Shown here piece by piece: positions 50,909 to 60,744 of a stretch of DNA of 64,000 nt. The notes beneath the pieces are model-generated. The model ran no database searches. It was not told where the DNA came from and was given only the letters and a program-made list of their open reading frames with translations. Location: assembly GCA_052279835.1 (NCBI GenBank), contig CP181291.1:5600001-5664000 (forward strand). The letters run 5' to 3'. Every line of letters begins with the position of its first letter. Positions within the stretch are counted from its first letter, which is position 1. Source of the DNA: Microcoleus sp. (GTDB lineage Bacteria; Cyanobacteriota; Cyanobacteriia; Cyanobacteriales; Microcoleaceae). The translations under genes were made by a program, and so were the position numbers.

Positions 50909-52690
50909 TTGTCACCAAATCTCCCTAAATCTACCCATCCTTTACAGCGGTTGCTGAAATACGGGCGCCGCTACCGCCTTCAAGCTTGGCTAGCAACTAT
51001 CTGTTCATTTCTGAATAAACTCTTCGACTTAGCGCCACCGGCATTAATCGGGATTGCGGTTGATGTGGTGGTCAAAAATGAAGATTCAATTATTGCTCAG
51101 TGGGGCGTAAAAGATGTTTTTTGGCAACTGGCAATTATTACTATTTTGAGCGCGGTTGTTTGGGCATTGGAGTCTATTTTTGAATATGCTTACGATTACT
51201 TATGGCGGAATTTGGCTCAGAATATTCAGCATGATTTGCGCCTGGAAGCTTACAGTCATTTGCAAGAATTAGAATTAGCTTATTTTGAAGAACGCAGCAC
51301 TGGTGGTTTAATTTCTATTTTGAATGATGATATTAATCAACTAGAGCGTTTTTTAGACGGTGGTGCTAATGATGTGATTCAGGTAATTACAACGGTAGTG
51401 ATTATTGGCGCGGCTTTTTTTGCAGCATCTCCGACGGTTGCTGTGCTGTCTATGCTGCCGATTCCGTTTATTGTTTGGGGTTCGATCGCCTTTCAGAACC
51501 GCCTCGCCCCTCTCTATGCGGATGTGCGGGAAAAGGTGAGCTTTTTGAACGGTCAATTATCGAATAATTTGAGCGGAATTACTACTATTAAAAGTTTCAC
51601 TTCAGAGGATTATGAGACTCAGCGTATCGCGAACCAAAGCGAAGCTTATCGCCAAAGTAACCGAAGGGCGATCGTCCTTTCTGCTGCTTTTATTCCGTTG
51701 ATTCGGATTATCATTTTCTTGGGCTTTATCGCCACGCTATTTCTGGGTGGTTTAGAGGTGGTGGCTGGCAGATTGTCGGTGGGAACTTACAGTGTTTTGG
51801 TGTTTTTGACTCAGCGGTTGCTGTGGCCTCTGACTAGGCTTGGTGACACTTTGGATCAGTATCAACGGGCGATGGCTTCTACTAATCGGGCGATGGATTT
51901 GCTGGATACTCCGATCGCCATTCGCACGGGAGATATTCGGTTGCCCATCAGTTCGATTAAGGGGGCGCTGGAATTTAAAAATGTGACTTTTTCTTACAAT
52001 CAAAGAAGACCGATTTTACAATATTTTTCCTTGACGCTAATGGCGGGAAAAACTACGGCGATTGTTGGTCCTACTGGTTCGGGAAAAAGTACGTTGGTGA
52101 AGTTGATTTTGCGGCTTTATGAGGTACAATATGGTCAAATTACTTTGGATGGTATTGAATTAACTCAACTGAATTTAAAAGATTTGCGCCGAGCGATTGG
52201 ATTGGTGAGTCAAGATATATTTTTATTTCATGGTACGGTGGCAGAAAATATTGCTTATGGCAGTTTTGATGCAACTAATTCTGATATCATAGATGCTGCA
52301 AAAATTGCGGAGGCCCATGAGTTTATCATGCAATTGCCCGATGGTTATGAGACAATTGTGGGGGAACGGGGTCAAAAATTGTCGGGGGGACAACGCCAGC
52401 GGATTGCTATTGCTAGGGCTGTTTTGAAGAATCCGCCGATTTTGATTCTGGATGAGGCTACTTCGGCGGTGGATAATGAGACGGAGGCGGCTATTCAGCG
52501 ATCGCTCGAACGAATTACTAAGAATCGGACTACAATTGCGATCGCCCACCGTCTTTCCACAGTGCGTAATGCTGACTGCATTTTTGTCATGGATGAGGGG
52601 CTAGTGGTAGAATCGGGGCAGCACGAACAACTGATCGAAAATGATGGAGTTTATGCGTCGCTCTGGCGCGTCCAATCTGGTATAAAATAA
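50909..52690 (+). CDS. ABC exporter, fused TMD-NBD (MsbA-like)
   Basis: Six-TM domain, GPTGSGKST, LSGGQRQR, LDEATSAVD, IAHRLST. Confidence 0.95.
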   Translation: MSPNLPKSTHPLQRLLKYGRRYRLQAWLATICSFLNKLFDLAPPALIGIAVDVVVKNEDSIIAQWGVKDVFWQLAIITILSAVVWALESIFEYAYDYLWRNLAQNIQHDLRLEAYSHLQELELAYFEERSTGGLISILNDDINQLERFLDGGANDVIQVITTVVIIGAAFFAASPTVAVLSMLPIPFIVWGSIAFQNRLAPLYADVREKVSFLNGQLSNNLSGITTIKSFTSEDYETQRIANQSEAYRQSNRRAIVLSAAFIPLIRIIIFLGFIATLFLGGLEVVAGRLSVGTYSVLVFLTQRLLWPLTRLGDTLDQYQRAMASTNRAMDLLDTPIAIRTGDIRLPISSIKGALEFKNVTFSYNQRRPILQYFSLTLMAGKTTAIVGPTGSGKSTLVKLILRLYEVQYGQITLDGIELTQLNLKDLRRAIGLVSQDIFLFHGTVAENIAYGSFDATNSDIIDAAKIAEAHEFIMQLPDGYETIVGERGQKLSGGQRQRIAIARAVLKNPPILILDEATSAVDNETEAAIQRSLERITKNRTTIAIAHRLSTVRNADCIFVMDEGLVVESGQHEQLIENDGVYASLWRVQSGIK

Positions 52691-52703
52691 GAACGCAGCG
52701 GTT

Positions 52704-52892
52704 TTGGGTAATTGGGAATTGGTAATTGGGAATTGGGAATTGAGCATAGGGCATTGGGAATAGGGTATTGGTAATGAGTTATTCACAGTTTGCTAATAAA
52801 GAATAACGAATCACAAATAACCAAGAACCAAGAACCAATAACGAATCACAAATAACCAGTAACGAATCACAAATAACCAGTAACAAATAACC
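52704..52892. repeat. Opposed STRR arrays (GGGAATT/GGTAATT versus AATAACC/AATCACA)
   Basis: Direct inspection. Confidence 0.8.
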
Positions 52893-52929
52893 GTAAAATA
52901 TTAATTTCTACAAGCAACAAGAAGAGAAA

Positions 52930-53361
52930 ATGTTTCTATTTGATAGCCCTGAGTCTAAACCCAACGAAAATAGCTGGAGTCGCAAATTAGATAAGTTTGT
53001 GAAAGCTCATCAACATGAATTGGCTGCTTTGGCTTGGGGGCTATTTCTGGAAAGAGGTGAGGAAAGCGAGGAAATTTTGGCAATTGATATTGCAGAAACA
53101 GCACGTTTTGTGTATTGTAAAAAAGAGGCGGTTGAGGAGTTGAACCGTCAAGTTAGAAGTCATATTCAGGAAGTTATAGGGGTGTTGAACGCTCACAAGC
53201 CAGAGAAGGAAGTGGCGATTTTGGCTATAGGAGAAGGTCAAATTAAGTTGATTCTATTTGAACCTAAGCCGGAACCTCGTGTTTGTTTTGAGGAAGCTGC
53301 GGCGGATGTGGATACGCTATTGGCCAAGTTGGAACAGCAGATGGTTGAATATATGAAATGA
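52930..53361 (+). CDS. ccmS: Beta-carboxysome assembly chaperone CcmS
   Basis: LDKFVKAHQHELAALAWGL, FVYC, IGEGQIKLI and CFEE..DVDTLL match the CcmS family pattern as I recall it. Confidence 0.75.
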   Translation: MFLFDSPESKPNENSWSRKLDKFVKAHQHELAALAWGLFLERGEESEEILAIDIAETARFVYCKKEAVEELNRQVRSHIQEVIGVLNAHKPEKEVAILAIGEGQIKLILFEPKPEPRVCFEEAAADVDTLLAKLEQQMVEYMK

Positions 53362-53371
53362 TCGTATTACT

Positions 53372-53424
53372 CGGCGATTGAAATCGCTTCTACACGAACG
53401 AAGTCCGCCTCCGCGGACTAAGAG
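53372..53424. repeat. AAGTCCGCCTCCGCGGACT-family repeat; left member of an inverted pair
   Basis: 53401-53424 is the exact reverse complement of 56827-56850. Confidence 0.85.
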
Positions 53425-53490
53425 ATGAAGGGAGTATTTAGGGCTGATTTCAGTTAGGATCGCGCTTACTTTTGGATCGAATTTTTGGCA

Positions 53491-53594
53491 TAAATTACGC
53501 ACTCCGCCAAAGAAACCGGGTTTTTACCGAATCTCTGGTAACAACCAAGTATCTTCGCAAAAACCCGGTTTCTGAGCTCCCGTGTATAATTCCT
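53491..53594. mobile_element. Degenerate TTACGCA-ended MITE with internal AGAAACCGGGTTT doublet
   Basis: Ends resemble those of 3271-3362; internal AGAAACCGGGTTTTT / AAAAACCCGGTTTCT inverted repeat. Confidence 0.5.
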
Positions 53595-53598
53595 ATGG

Positions 53599-56500
53599 CT
53601 AATTCACGTCTTCGGATACGCCTTCGATGAAGCCAACGGCTGCTTTGCCCCAAACGCTTGATTCGGTGAAGTGTTCGCCAACTTTCACGGCTGCATTTTT
53701 GCCACCGTTGTAAAGCCGTTTGACGCTGATTAGGTTTTCCCACTGGATGCCTTTTTGCTCTTTGATTTCCTTAAATTCTGCATCAATAATATTGAGTGCT
53801 TGTTCTTCGTCTTTCACGTAAGTATACTTTTTTTCTAATGCCTGAATGATTTGCACCACTGCGTTCAGTGCAGCTTCAGGGGAGGATTGCTGGGCGGCGA
53901 TGGTGATATTTTGGGCTTGATTGCCGTGGTTATCTCCGAAGTTGAAAGGGGCGTTGAAGGTTGAATAGGAGAAGTCTTGGGTGGGTTTATCAGCCATTTG
54001 TTTTGTTCTGTTGTGGATTTGCTGGGTGGTTTCGTCAATTTTAGCAAGGAGCTCGTTTGGTTGGGGTAGTTTGGCTGACTGCGGTGTTAGGGACAACTGA
54101 CGAATCGGGTAGTTGTAGTATTTGCAGGCAGCTTGGATGGCGAGGATGAGGTGGTGAATTTCTTTGCCGGATTTGGAGGGAATTAAGGTGAGGAGGTGGG
54201 GGAGATGGGGGGCGACTTTCTCTGTGTGCTGCTTAGCGATATTGGCGATCGCATCTATCGCCTTCCTACGCACATCAAATTCTGAATTTTCAGCCAGTTT
54301 AAGCAATCGCGGAATTGCTGTCTGGGAATCGATTTTGTGTAACGCATATGCCACACTCCAACGCACTGCCTGGGAATCGATTTTGTGTAACGCATATGCC
54401 GCACTCCAACGCACTGCCTGGGAATCGATTTTGTGTAACGCATATGCCGCACTCCAACGCACATTAATATCTGAGTCTTTATCAAGTTTAAGTAATGACG
54501 GAATAGCTACCTGGTCACCGATTTTGCCTAACGCATCTGCCACCTTACTACGCACATCAGAGTCTGAATCATCAACGAGCTTAAGTAATGACGGAATAGC
54601 TACCTGGTCACCGATTTTGCCTAACGCATATGCCGCCTTACTACGCACATCAGAGTCTGAATCATCAACGAGCTTAAGTAATGCCGGAATCGCTGCCTGG
54701 TCACCGATTTTGCCTAACGCATCTGCCACCTTACTACGCACATCAGAGTCTGAATCTTTAACGAGTTGAAGCAATCCCGGAATCGCTGCCTGGGAACCAA
54801 TTTTTTCTAACGCATCTGCGGCAGTAATACGCACATCGGACTCTGAATCTTTAAGAAGTTGAAGCAATCCCGGAATTGCTGCCTGGGAACCAATTTTTTC
54901 TAACGCATCTGCGGCAGTAATACGCACATCGGACTCTGAATCTTTAAGAAGTTGAAGCAATCCCGGAATTGCTGCCTGGGAACCGATTTTGCCTAACGCA
55001 TCTGCGGCAGTAATACGCACATCGGACTCTGAATCTTTAAGAAGTTGAAGCAATCCCGGAATTGCTGCCTGGGAACCAGTTTTTCCTAACGCATCTGCCA
55101 CACTATCACGCACATCAGAATGTGAATTATCAATAATTTGAAGTAATACCGGAATTGTTGCATAGGAAGGTACATTGCCTAAAGCTTCTGCCGCACTACT
55201 ACGGATATAATAGTCTGGATATTCAAGTAATTCAAGTAATCCCGGAATGGCTGCCTCGAAACTGATATTTTTTAACGCCTCTGCGGCAAGACTACGCACA
55301 TCCGAGTCTGAACCTTCAACGAGTTTGAATAAACCCGAAATCCTCTTATCCGATCGCACTTCCCCCAAAAGCGCAACCTTCAACCACCCCGGCACATCCA
55401 ACCCATCCACCAACCCAACCGCGCGCTTGTGAAACTCCCGCTGCACCTCCCCCGCCAGCCGCGCCCCCAACATCACATCGACCTCCAACGCCAGCCGCAC
55501 CACCCGCACCGCCTGCACTTCATCCCCCAACAACGACAGCATGAACGCCAGAGGCTCAGTCCATTTAAAATCATTTAAATAGAAATGCTGCAACCTTTCA
55601 TCATCCGTGACATCTTGATGCTTCTCAACCAACAGTTTCAGCAACGCCCGCCCCGCATAATACTCCTGAAATAATTGGTGATGAAACTCAATTTCCTCCG
55701 GCTTTGCCGCCACCTGCAACAGATGGTGTTCCAGCAAATCCTCCAGCCATTCCTTCGCCTTCGTTGGCGCATCCAGCACCCCCCGATCGCGCAACCAGCA
55801 CTCCAAAATTCCCTCAGCCCGATCGCGCGAAATTGCCACCAAACCCTCCGCAGGTTGCTGCAAATCGCCCTGCAACATCGCAAAAGCCAACTGCTGCAAA
55901 AGATCCGGTTTGAACCGCCGAAAATTATCCGAAACCAAGGGAACATCCTTAAACTTGTCATATCGGCGATCGAACTCCTGAAACAATTCGCCCTTACTCT
56001 GGGGAATTTTCAAGTTTGGCTCAAACACCTCGCACATCATCTTCAACAGTAACGGCGTTTCCGCAATTTCTCGCAGGCGATCGCGCAATTGTCGCAGCAA
56101 CGAATCCCCATGTTGCGGCAAATGCTTGTGCACAAATTCCTGCATTTGCGGTTGTGTCAGCGCGCACATTTCTAACTTTTTCTCAATCCCGAAAGATCCG
56201 CCCAGCGCCAAATCCCGCGTTGTCAAAATCATCGGCGTATCGGAATTTTCGTCGCGAAATAGCTGGAATTCCTGTCGCCGTTGTTGCGATGGTATCTCAT
56301 TCACGCCATCCAGCAACAGCAGCAACTTGTCATCTAACAGCCAATCTTTCACTTCTTCCTCGCTAACTCTGAGTTTTGCTTGGCGAAATTCAGCACAAAT
56401 TGCTTGTTCGATCGAGCGATCGCTCCTCAACTGCACTAATATCGGAATCGGGCGATCGCAATCCTCCAATGCTTCCCGTGCCAATTCCCACCGAAAACGC

Positions 56501-56766
56501 TGTAAAACCGTCGATTTTCCCGAACCGGGCTTACCCACTAGCACCACATTTCCGTCGCGCAGGTATTTGCGGATTCCTGAGAGCACTTCCAGGCGATCGA
56601 TTTTGGTTTCTAGTTTATTTTTGGGAGTTTCGGGCGATCGATCTTCCGGTGAAATTTCCACCCGCACCTCTACCTGTAAATCCGTCAGCGTGTAGAGATG
56701 CTGTTGTTTTTGATAAGACTCAACCAGGGATTGCAGATATTTAGGAAAATCAACTGGTGTTGCCAT
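53599..56766 (-). CDS. NACHT (STAND) NTPase with HEAT/PBS-lyase repeats and a C-terminal helical domain
   Basis: Walker A GKPGSGKST, Walker B LLLLDGVNE, LTTR, TPLLL, FHHQLFQEYY; more than 10 31-aa repeats such as DVRITAADALGKIGSQAAIPGLLQLL. Confidence 0.92.
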   Translation of the reverse strand: MATPVDFPKYLQSLVESYQKQQHLYTLTDLQVEVRVEISPEDRSPETPKNKLETKIDRLEVLSGIRKYLRDGNVVLVGKPGSGKSTVLQRFRWELAREALEDCDRPIPILVQLRSDRSIEQAICAEFRQAKLRVSEEEVKDWLLDDKLLLLLDGVNEIPSQQRRQEFQLFRDENSDTPMILTTRDLALGGSFGIEKKLEMCALTQPQMQEFVHKHLPQHGDSLLRQLRDRLREIAETPLLLKMMCEVFEPNLKIPQSKGELFQEFDRRYDKFKDVPLVSDNFRRFKPDLLQQLAFAMLQGDLQQPAEGLVAISRDRAEGILECWLRDRGVLDAPTKAKEWLEDLLEHHLLQVAAKPEEIEFHHQLFQEYYAGRALLKLLVEKHQDVTDDERLQHFYLNDFKWTEPLAFMLSLLGDEVQAVRVVRLALEVDVMLGARLAGEVQREFHKRAVGLVDGLDVPGWLKVALLGEVRSDKRISGLFKLVEGSDSDVRSLAAEALKNISFEAAIPGLLELLEYPDYYIRSSAAEALGNVPSYATIPVLLQIIDNSHSDVRDSVADALGKTGSQAAIPGLLQLLKDSESDVRITAADALGKIGSQAAIPGLLQLLKDSESDVRITAADALEKIGSQAAIPGLLQLLKDSESDVRITAADALEKIGSQAAIPGLLQLVKDSDSDVRSKVADALGKIGDQAAIPALLKLVDDSDSDVRSKAAYALGKIGDQVAIPSLLKLVDDSDSDVRSKVADALGKIGDQVAIPSLLKLDKDSDINVRWSAAYALHKIDSQAVRWSAAYALHKIDSQAVRWSVAYALHKIDSQTAIPRLLKLAENSEFDVRRKAIDAIANIAKQHTEKVAPHLPHLLTLIPSKSGKEIHHLILAIQAACKYYNYPIRQLSLTPQSAKLPQPNELLAKIDETTQQIHNRTKQMADKPTQDFSYSTFNAPFNFGDNHGNQAQNITIAAQQSSPEAALNAVVQIIQALEKKYTYVKDEEQALNIIDAEFKEIKEQKGIQWENLISVKRLYNGGKNAAVKVGEHFTESSVWGKAAVGFIEGVSEDVN

Positions 56767-56826
56767 TTGATTGTAGATTTTAGAATATCGATTGATTATA
56801 GAATTTTTCTAGATGTGCGATCGACT

Positions 56827-57016
56827 CTCTTAGTCCGCGGAGGCGGACTTTGTTTATGTAGACGCGGTTTAAACCGCCCGGTTATCTTCATTTACGCGGT
56901 TTAAACCGCCCGGTTATCTTCATTTACGCGGTTTAAACCGCCCGGTTATCTTCATTTACGCGGTTTAAACCGCCCGGTTATCTTCATTTACGCGGTTTAA
57001 ACCGCCCGGTTATCTT
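56827..57016. repeat. Right member of the inverted repeat, followed by a 32-bp tandem array (4 full copies and 1 partial)
   Basis: Unit ACGCGGTTTAAACCGCCCGGTTATCTTCATTT at 56862, 56894, 56926, 56958 and 56990. Confidence 0.92.
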
Positions 57017-57030
57017 TGCGTAGACTAAGA

Positions 57031-58746
57031 TTAAGATGCAAACCGAAAATTCAACAGCGTACTCAGAGTAGCCCGATCGCGCCCATGTCTTTTAGAATCA
57101 TAAAGAGCCTCATCAGCCGCCAATACCAGCGTTGATATATCATTCTCCGGTCCAGGAACAACACTAGCAATTCCCAAACTAATTGTTACCACAGGATTCG
57201 GCAAATTAGCAACTTTTGAATGCTTAAAAACCAAATTCAAAGATTTAATATTAGCTCTAATTGTTTCAGCAACTATCGCAGCAGCCGACGCATCAGTCCC
57301 AGGTAAAATCACCGCAAATTCCTCGCCACCATACCGAGCCGCCACATCAGCAGGATGCTTGAGCGATCGAGCAATTGCCTGAGCTACCGATCGCAAACAA
57401 CTATCTCCAGCTTGATGCCCATAGGTATCATTATAAACTTTAAAATAATCTATATCGCACAAAATTAAAGATATCGGAGAACCATCACGACTCATGTGCT
57501 TCCACTCCGCCCGCAAACAACTGTCAAAATGCCGTCTATTCCCAATTTGAGTAAGTTCGTCCACGTTCACCAAAGCTTGTAGCCTTTCATTTTCTTGCTG
57601 TAAATCTTCCAGACAAACCCTTGGCCTAGGCTCGGAAAATTTTTCTTCTTGAAAATACAAGCGATATAATTCGCAAGACACCTGACAATTATTTCCCTCT
57701 AACTTTACCAAGCCCATACTGTCTAGCTGATAAGCAATTAAAGGCTCTATGTAAATACTATTTTGAGAACTTATCACCTGTTGAAAAGCTTCTGATAGTG
57801 CCGAATTTTTTTGCAATATTATCGACTGACTTTGAATATGTTCGCTATAAATTCCGCTTTGAGTAGGAGCTAATTTTAGCAGTTGTTCTAATTCGGTTTG
57901 CGCCGGATACTTGCCTGCCTCTGCTGACCATTCCCGGAGGTTATATTGTAAGGAATTTACTAGGTTATAAAGAGCCAAATGAACTAAATAAGGATGTCCT
58001 CCTACCATTTTCATTAATTGCTGCACTGGATAGCTATCGCTCCATTCCAGCCCATGTCGTCGCGCTAATTCTTGGACTTGCTCCACATTAAATTCTAACA
58101 ATTTAATTGGTAATCCTACATTAAAAGGAGATTGATTGAGACTCAAAGCCACATAAATTTCTGTTGAGTGAATCACGACCAAGCGGAGTTTTTGCCAAGT
58201 GTCAATTAGTCTGGCTTGTTCGTACCAGGAACGCAATAGTGGCAGGAATTCTTGAGCAATATTTGTACGTTCAAATACTCGATTGACTTCATTGAGTACC
58301 AAGACAATGGGAGTTTGAATTTCTTCTAGTAAATAGTTTTCAAAATACATAGTACAGCTTACTTTGCTGCCCATATCTTCATCCCAGAAATCATCCAAGT
58401 TGGGTGGGAGTTTGAGTTGTCTAGCTGCATTCACACAAAGCCATCGCAAAAATTTATCTAAGCTAGCAAAAGCAGCTTCATCCGCTTGCTGAAAATCTAC
58501 CGTGACAGTGCGGTATCCCCGCGCTAGTGCCGATTGAATTATGCGTAACATCAGAGAACTTTTGCCCATTTTTCTGGGGGCTTTAATCCGAATCAGGCTT
58601 CCGGGTTTGCCAATTTCTGCACAAGCTCGTGCTTCGGCTGGAGTTCGATCGATATAAAATCGAGAGTCCAGGGGTATGGGGCCACCGGGAAATTCTAAGT
58701 CTGCAACCCTCTGGATGAAATTTGGTGATTTGGGGATTCCTGCCAT
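57031..58746 (-). CDS. AAA-like (AAA_35) domain fused to a GGDEF diguanylate cyclase
   Basis: APRKMGKSS, SPFNVG, GGHPYL; DELTQIGNRR, DIDYFK, GHQAGD, RYGGEEF. Confidence 0.92.
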   Translation of the reverse strand: MAGIPKSPNFIQRVADLEFPGGPIPLDSRFYIDRTPAEARACAEIGKPGSLIRIKAPRKMGKSSLMLRIIQSALARGYRTVTVDFQQADEAAFASLDKFLRWLCVNAARQLKLPPNLDDFWDEDMGSKVSCTMYFENYLLEEIQTPIVLVLNEVNRVFERTNIAQEFLPLLRSWYEQARLIDTWQKLRLVVIHSTEIYVALSLNQSPFNVGLPIKLLEFNVEQVQELARRHGLEWSDSYPVQQLMKMVGGHPYLVHLALYNLVNSLQYNLREWSAEAGKYPAQTELEQLLKLAPTQSGIYSEHIQSQSIILQKNSALSEAFQQVISSQNSIYIEPLIAYQLDSMGLVKLEGNNCQVSCELYRLYFQEEKFSEPRPRVCLEDLQQENERLQALVNVDELTQIGNRRHFDSCLRAEWKHMSRDGSPISLILCDIDYFKVYNDTYGHQAGDSCLRSVAQAIARSLKHPADVAARYGGEEFAVILPGTDASAAAIVAETIRANIKSLNLVFKHSKVANLPNPVVTISLGIASVVPGPENDISTLVLAADEALYDSKRHGRDRATLSTLLNFRFAS

Positions 58747-59043
58747 AGTTGTTGTGCGAGATGAGACCCTGATAAATAGTTAGATGCGTAAGCTCATACC
58801 AATCAACGCCAGCGCTGTGTTTCGCTACTGGGCTGTCTTCCAAAATATACCAGTCAGCCGATTTTAGGTTTGAGATTTGAGAGGGGAAAATTATTCAATA
58901 GTATAAAAAAGTTGCTGCAAATCTTTAAATAATTGGATCTGTCGATCGAGCTTGGAGTGTGAATTTGCTATAGTAGTGTCACTTTACTCAAAATCAAACC
59001 CTGCTTCCACTAAACTAGAAAACATCACAAGGAGAAATAATCA

Positions 59044-60306
59044 TTGTCACGCCGCTACCTGTTCACCTCTGAATCTGTTACCGAAGGCCATCCCGATAAA
59101 ATCTGCGATCAAATTTCAGATACGATTTTAGATGCCTTATTGACCGAAGACCCTAAAAGTCGCGTCGCTGCTGAAGTTGTTGTCAACACAGGCTTGATGC
59201 TGCTGACGGGAGAAATTACCACCAAAGCCCAGGTAAATTACATAGAATTAGCGCGGAAAAAAATAGCCGACATTGGCTACATCCACGCAGATAACGGTTT
59301 TTCCGCCAATAGCTGCTCGGTATTGGTGGCTCTTGACGCTCAGTCTCCCGATATTGCTCAAGGGGTGAATACAGCCCAGGAAAGTCGGGAACAATCTAGC
59401 GAAGAACAATTGGACGCCATTGGAGCAGGCGACCAAGGCTTGATGTTCGGCTTTGCTTGCAACGAAACGCCGGAATTGATGCCACTACCGATTAGCCTCG
59501 CCCACCGGATTTGCCGCCAACTCGCAGCAGTCAGAAAAACCGGTCAGTTATCTTATCTACGTCCCGATGGCAAAAGCCAAGTTACCGTGGTTTACGAAGA
59601 CGGCAAACCTGTGGGCATAGATACGATCTTAATTTCTACACAGCACACTGAGGCGATCGGCGATATTACTGATACTGCCGCAGTTCAAGCCAAAATTAAA
59701 GAAGACCTTTGGACTGCTGTGGTCGAACCCGTGTTTGCGGATATCGCCATCAAACCAGATGCAGAAACTCGCTTCCTTGTCAACCCCACCGGCAAATTTG
59801 TGATCGGCGGACCTCAAGGAGATTCTGGTTTGACTGGGCGCAAAATTATTGTGGATACCTACGGCGGTTATTCTCGTCACGGTGGCGGTGCTTTTTCTGG
59901 AAAAGACCCCACAAAGGTAGACCGCAGCGCGGCTTATGCTTGTCGCTACGTGGCTAAAAATATCGTGGCGGCCGGTTTGGCCGAAAAGTGTGAAGTGCAG
60001 TTGAGTTATGCGATCGGCGTGGCGCGGCCTGTGAGCATGATGATCGAAACTTTTGGCACTGGAAAAGTCGATGACGATCGCCTTTTGGAAGTAGTGAAGC
60101 AGTTGTTTGAACTACGTCCAGCGGGAATTATTCAAGCATTTAACTTGCAGAATTTGCCTGCGGAAAGGGGCGGCCGTTTCTATCAAGATGTAGCTGCTTA
60201 CGGTCACTTTGGACGCACTGATTTAGAGTTGCCTTGGGAGCAAACTGATAAGGTGGAACTGTTGAAATCAGCTTTGGTTCAGCAGTTGTCGGCAGTAACC
60301 CGATAG
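59044..60306 (+). CDS. metK: S-adenosylmethionine synthetase
   Basis: [31 protein letters not shown] start after AGGAG. Confidence 0.98.
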   Translation: MSRRYLFTSESVTEGHPDKICDQISDTILDALLTEDPKSRVAAEVVVNTGLMLLTGEITTKAQVNYIELARKKIADIGYIHADNGFSANSCSVLVALDAQSPDIAQGVNTAQESREQSSEEQLDAIGAGDQGLMFGFACNETPELMPLPISLAHRICRQLAAVRKTGQLSYLRPDGKSQVTVVYEDGKPVGIDTILISTQHTEAIGDITDTAAVQAKIKEDLWTAVVEPVFADIAIKPDAETRFLVNPTGKFVIGGPQGDSGLTGRKIIVDTYGGYSRHGGGAFSGKDPTKVDRSAAYACRYVAKNIVAAGLAEKCEVQLSYAIGVARPVSMMIETFGTGKVDDDRLLEVVKQLFELRPAGIIQAFNLQNLPAERGGRFYQDVAAYGHFGRTDLELPWEQTDKVELLKSALVQQLSAVTR

Positions 60307-60334
60307 TAAAATTTCAGGAGCAAGCTACTAAAAT

Positions 60335-60720
60335 TTAATACTGCTTGTTACCAGGCTCTGCCTGGTAACACAGATCCGGAGGCTCTGCCTCCAAGTTTCT
60401 CAAAAGCTGGCGAGGCAGAGCCTCTGGATCTCGGTTCCCAGGCAGAGCCGGGGAACCAGTTAAATACTGCTTGTTACCAGGCTCTGCCTGGTAACACAGA
60501 TCCGGAGGCTCTGCCTCCAAGTTTCTCAAAAGCTGGCGAGGCAGAGCCTCTGGATCTCGGTTCCCAGGCAGAGCCGGGGAACCAGTTAAAATACTGCTTG
60601 TTACCAGGCTCTGCCTGGTAACACAGATCCGGAGGCTCTGCCTCCAAGTTTCCCCAAAAGCTGGCGAGGCAGAGCCTCTGGATCTTGGTTCCCAGGCAGA
60701 GCCGGGGAACCAGTTAAATA
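60335..60720. repeat. Three tandem 126/127-bp units built from AGGCAGAGCCT/AGGCTCTGCCT palindromes (BIME-like)
   Basis: Units start near 60337, 60463 and 60590 and are nearly identical; each contains four hairpins. Confidence 0.93.
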
Positions 60721-60744
60721 ACAAATAACAAATTCCTATACTAA

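Noticed and set aside
54164..56744. Plus-strand ORFs opposite the NACHT-HEAT gene
   Set aside because: Antisense shadows with no recognisable motifs.
56862..57016. Possible CRISPR array
   Set aside because: Units are contiguous and identical with no unique spacers, and no cas genes are present.
58750..59043. SAM riboswitch upstream of metK
   Set aside because: No SAM-I or SAM-II consensus elements were recognisable.
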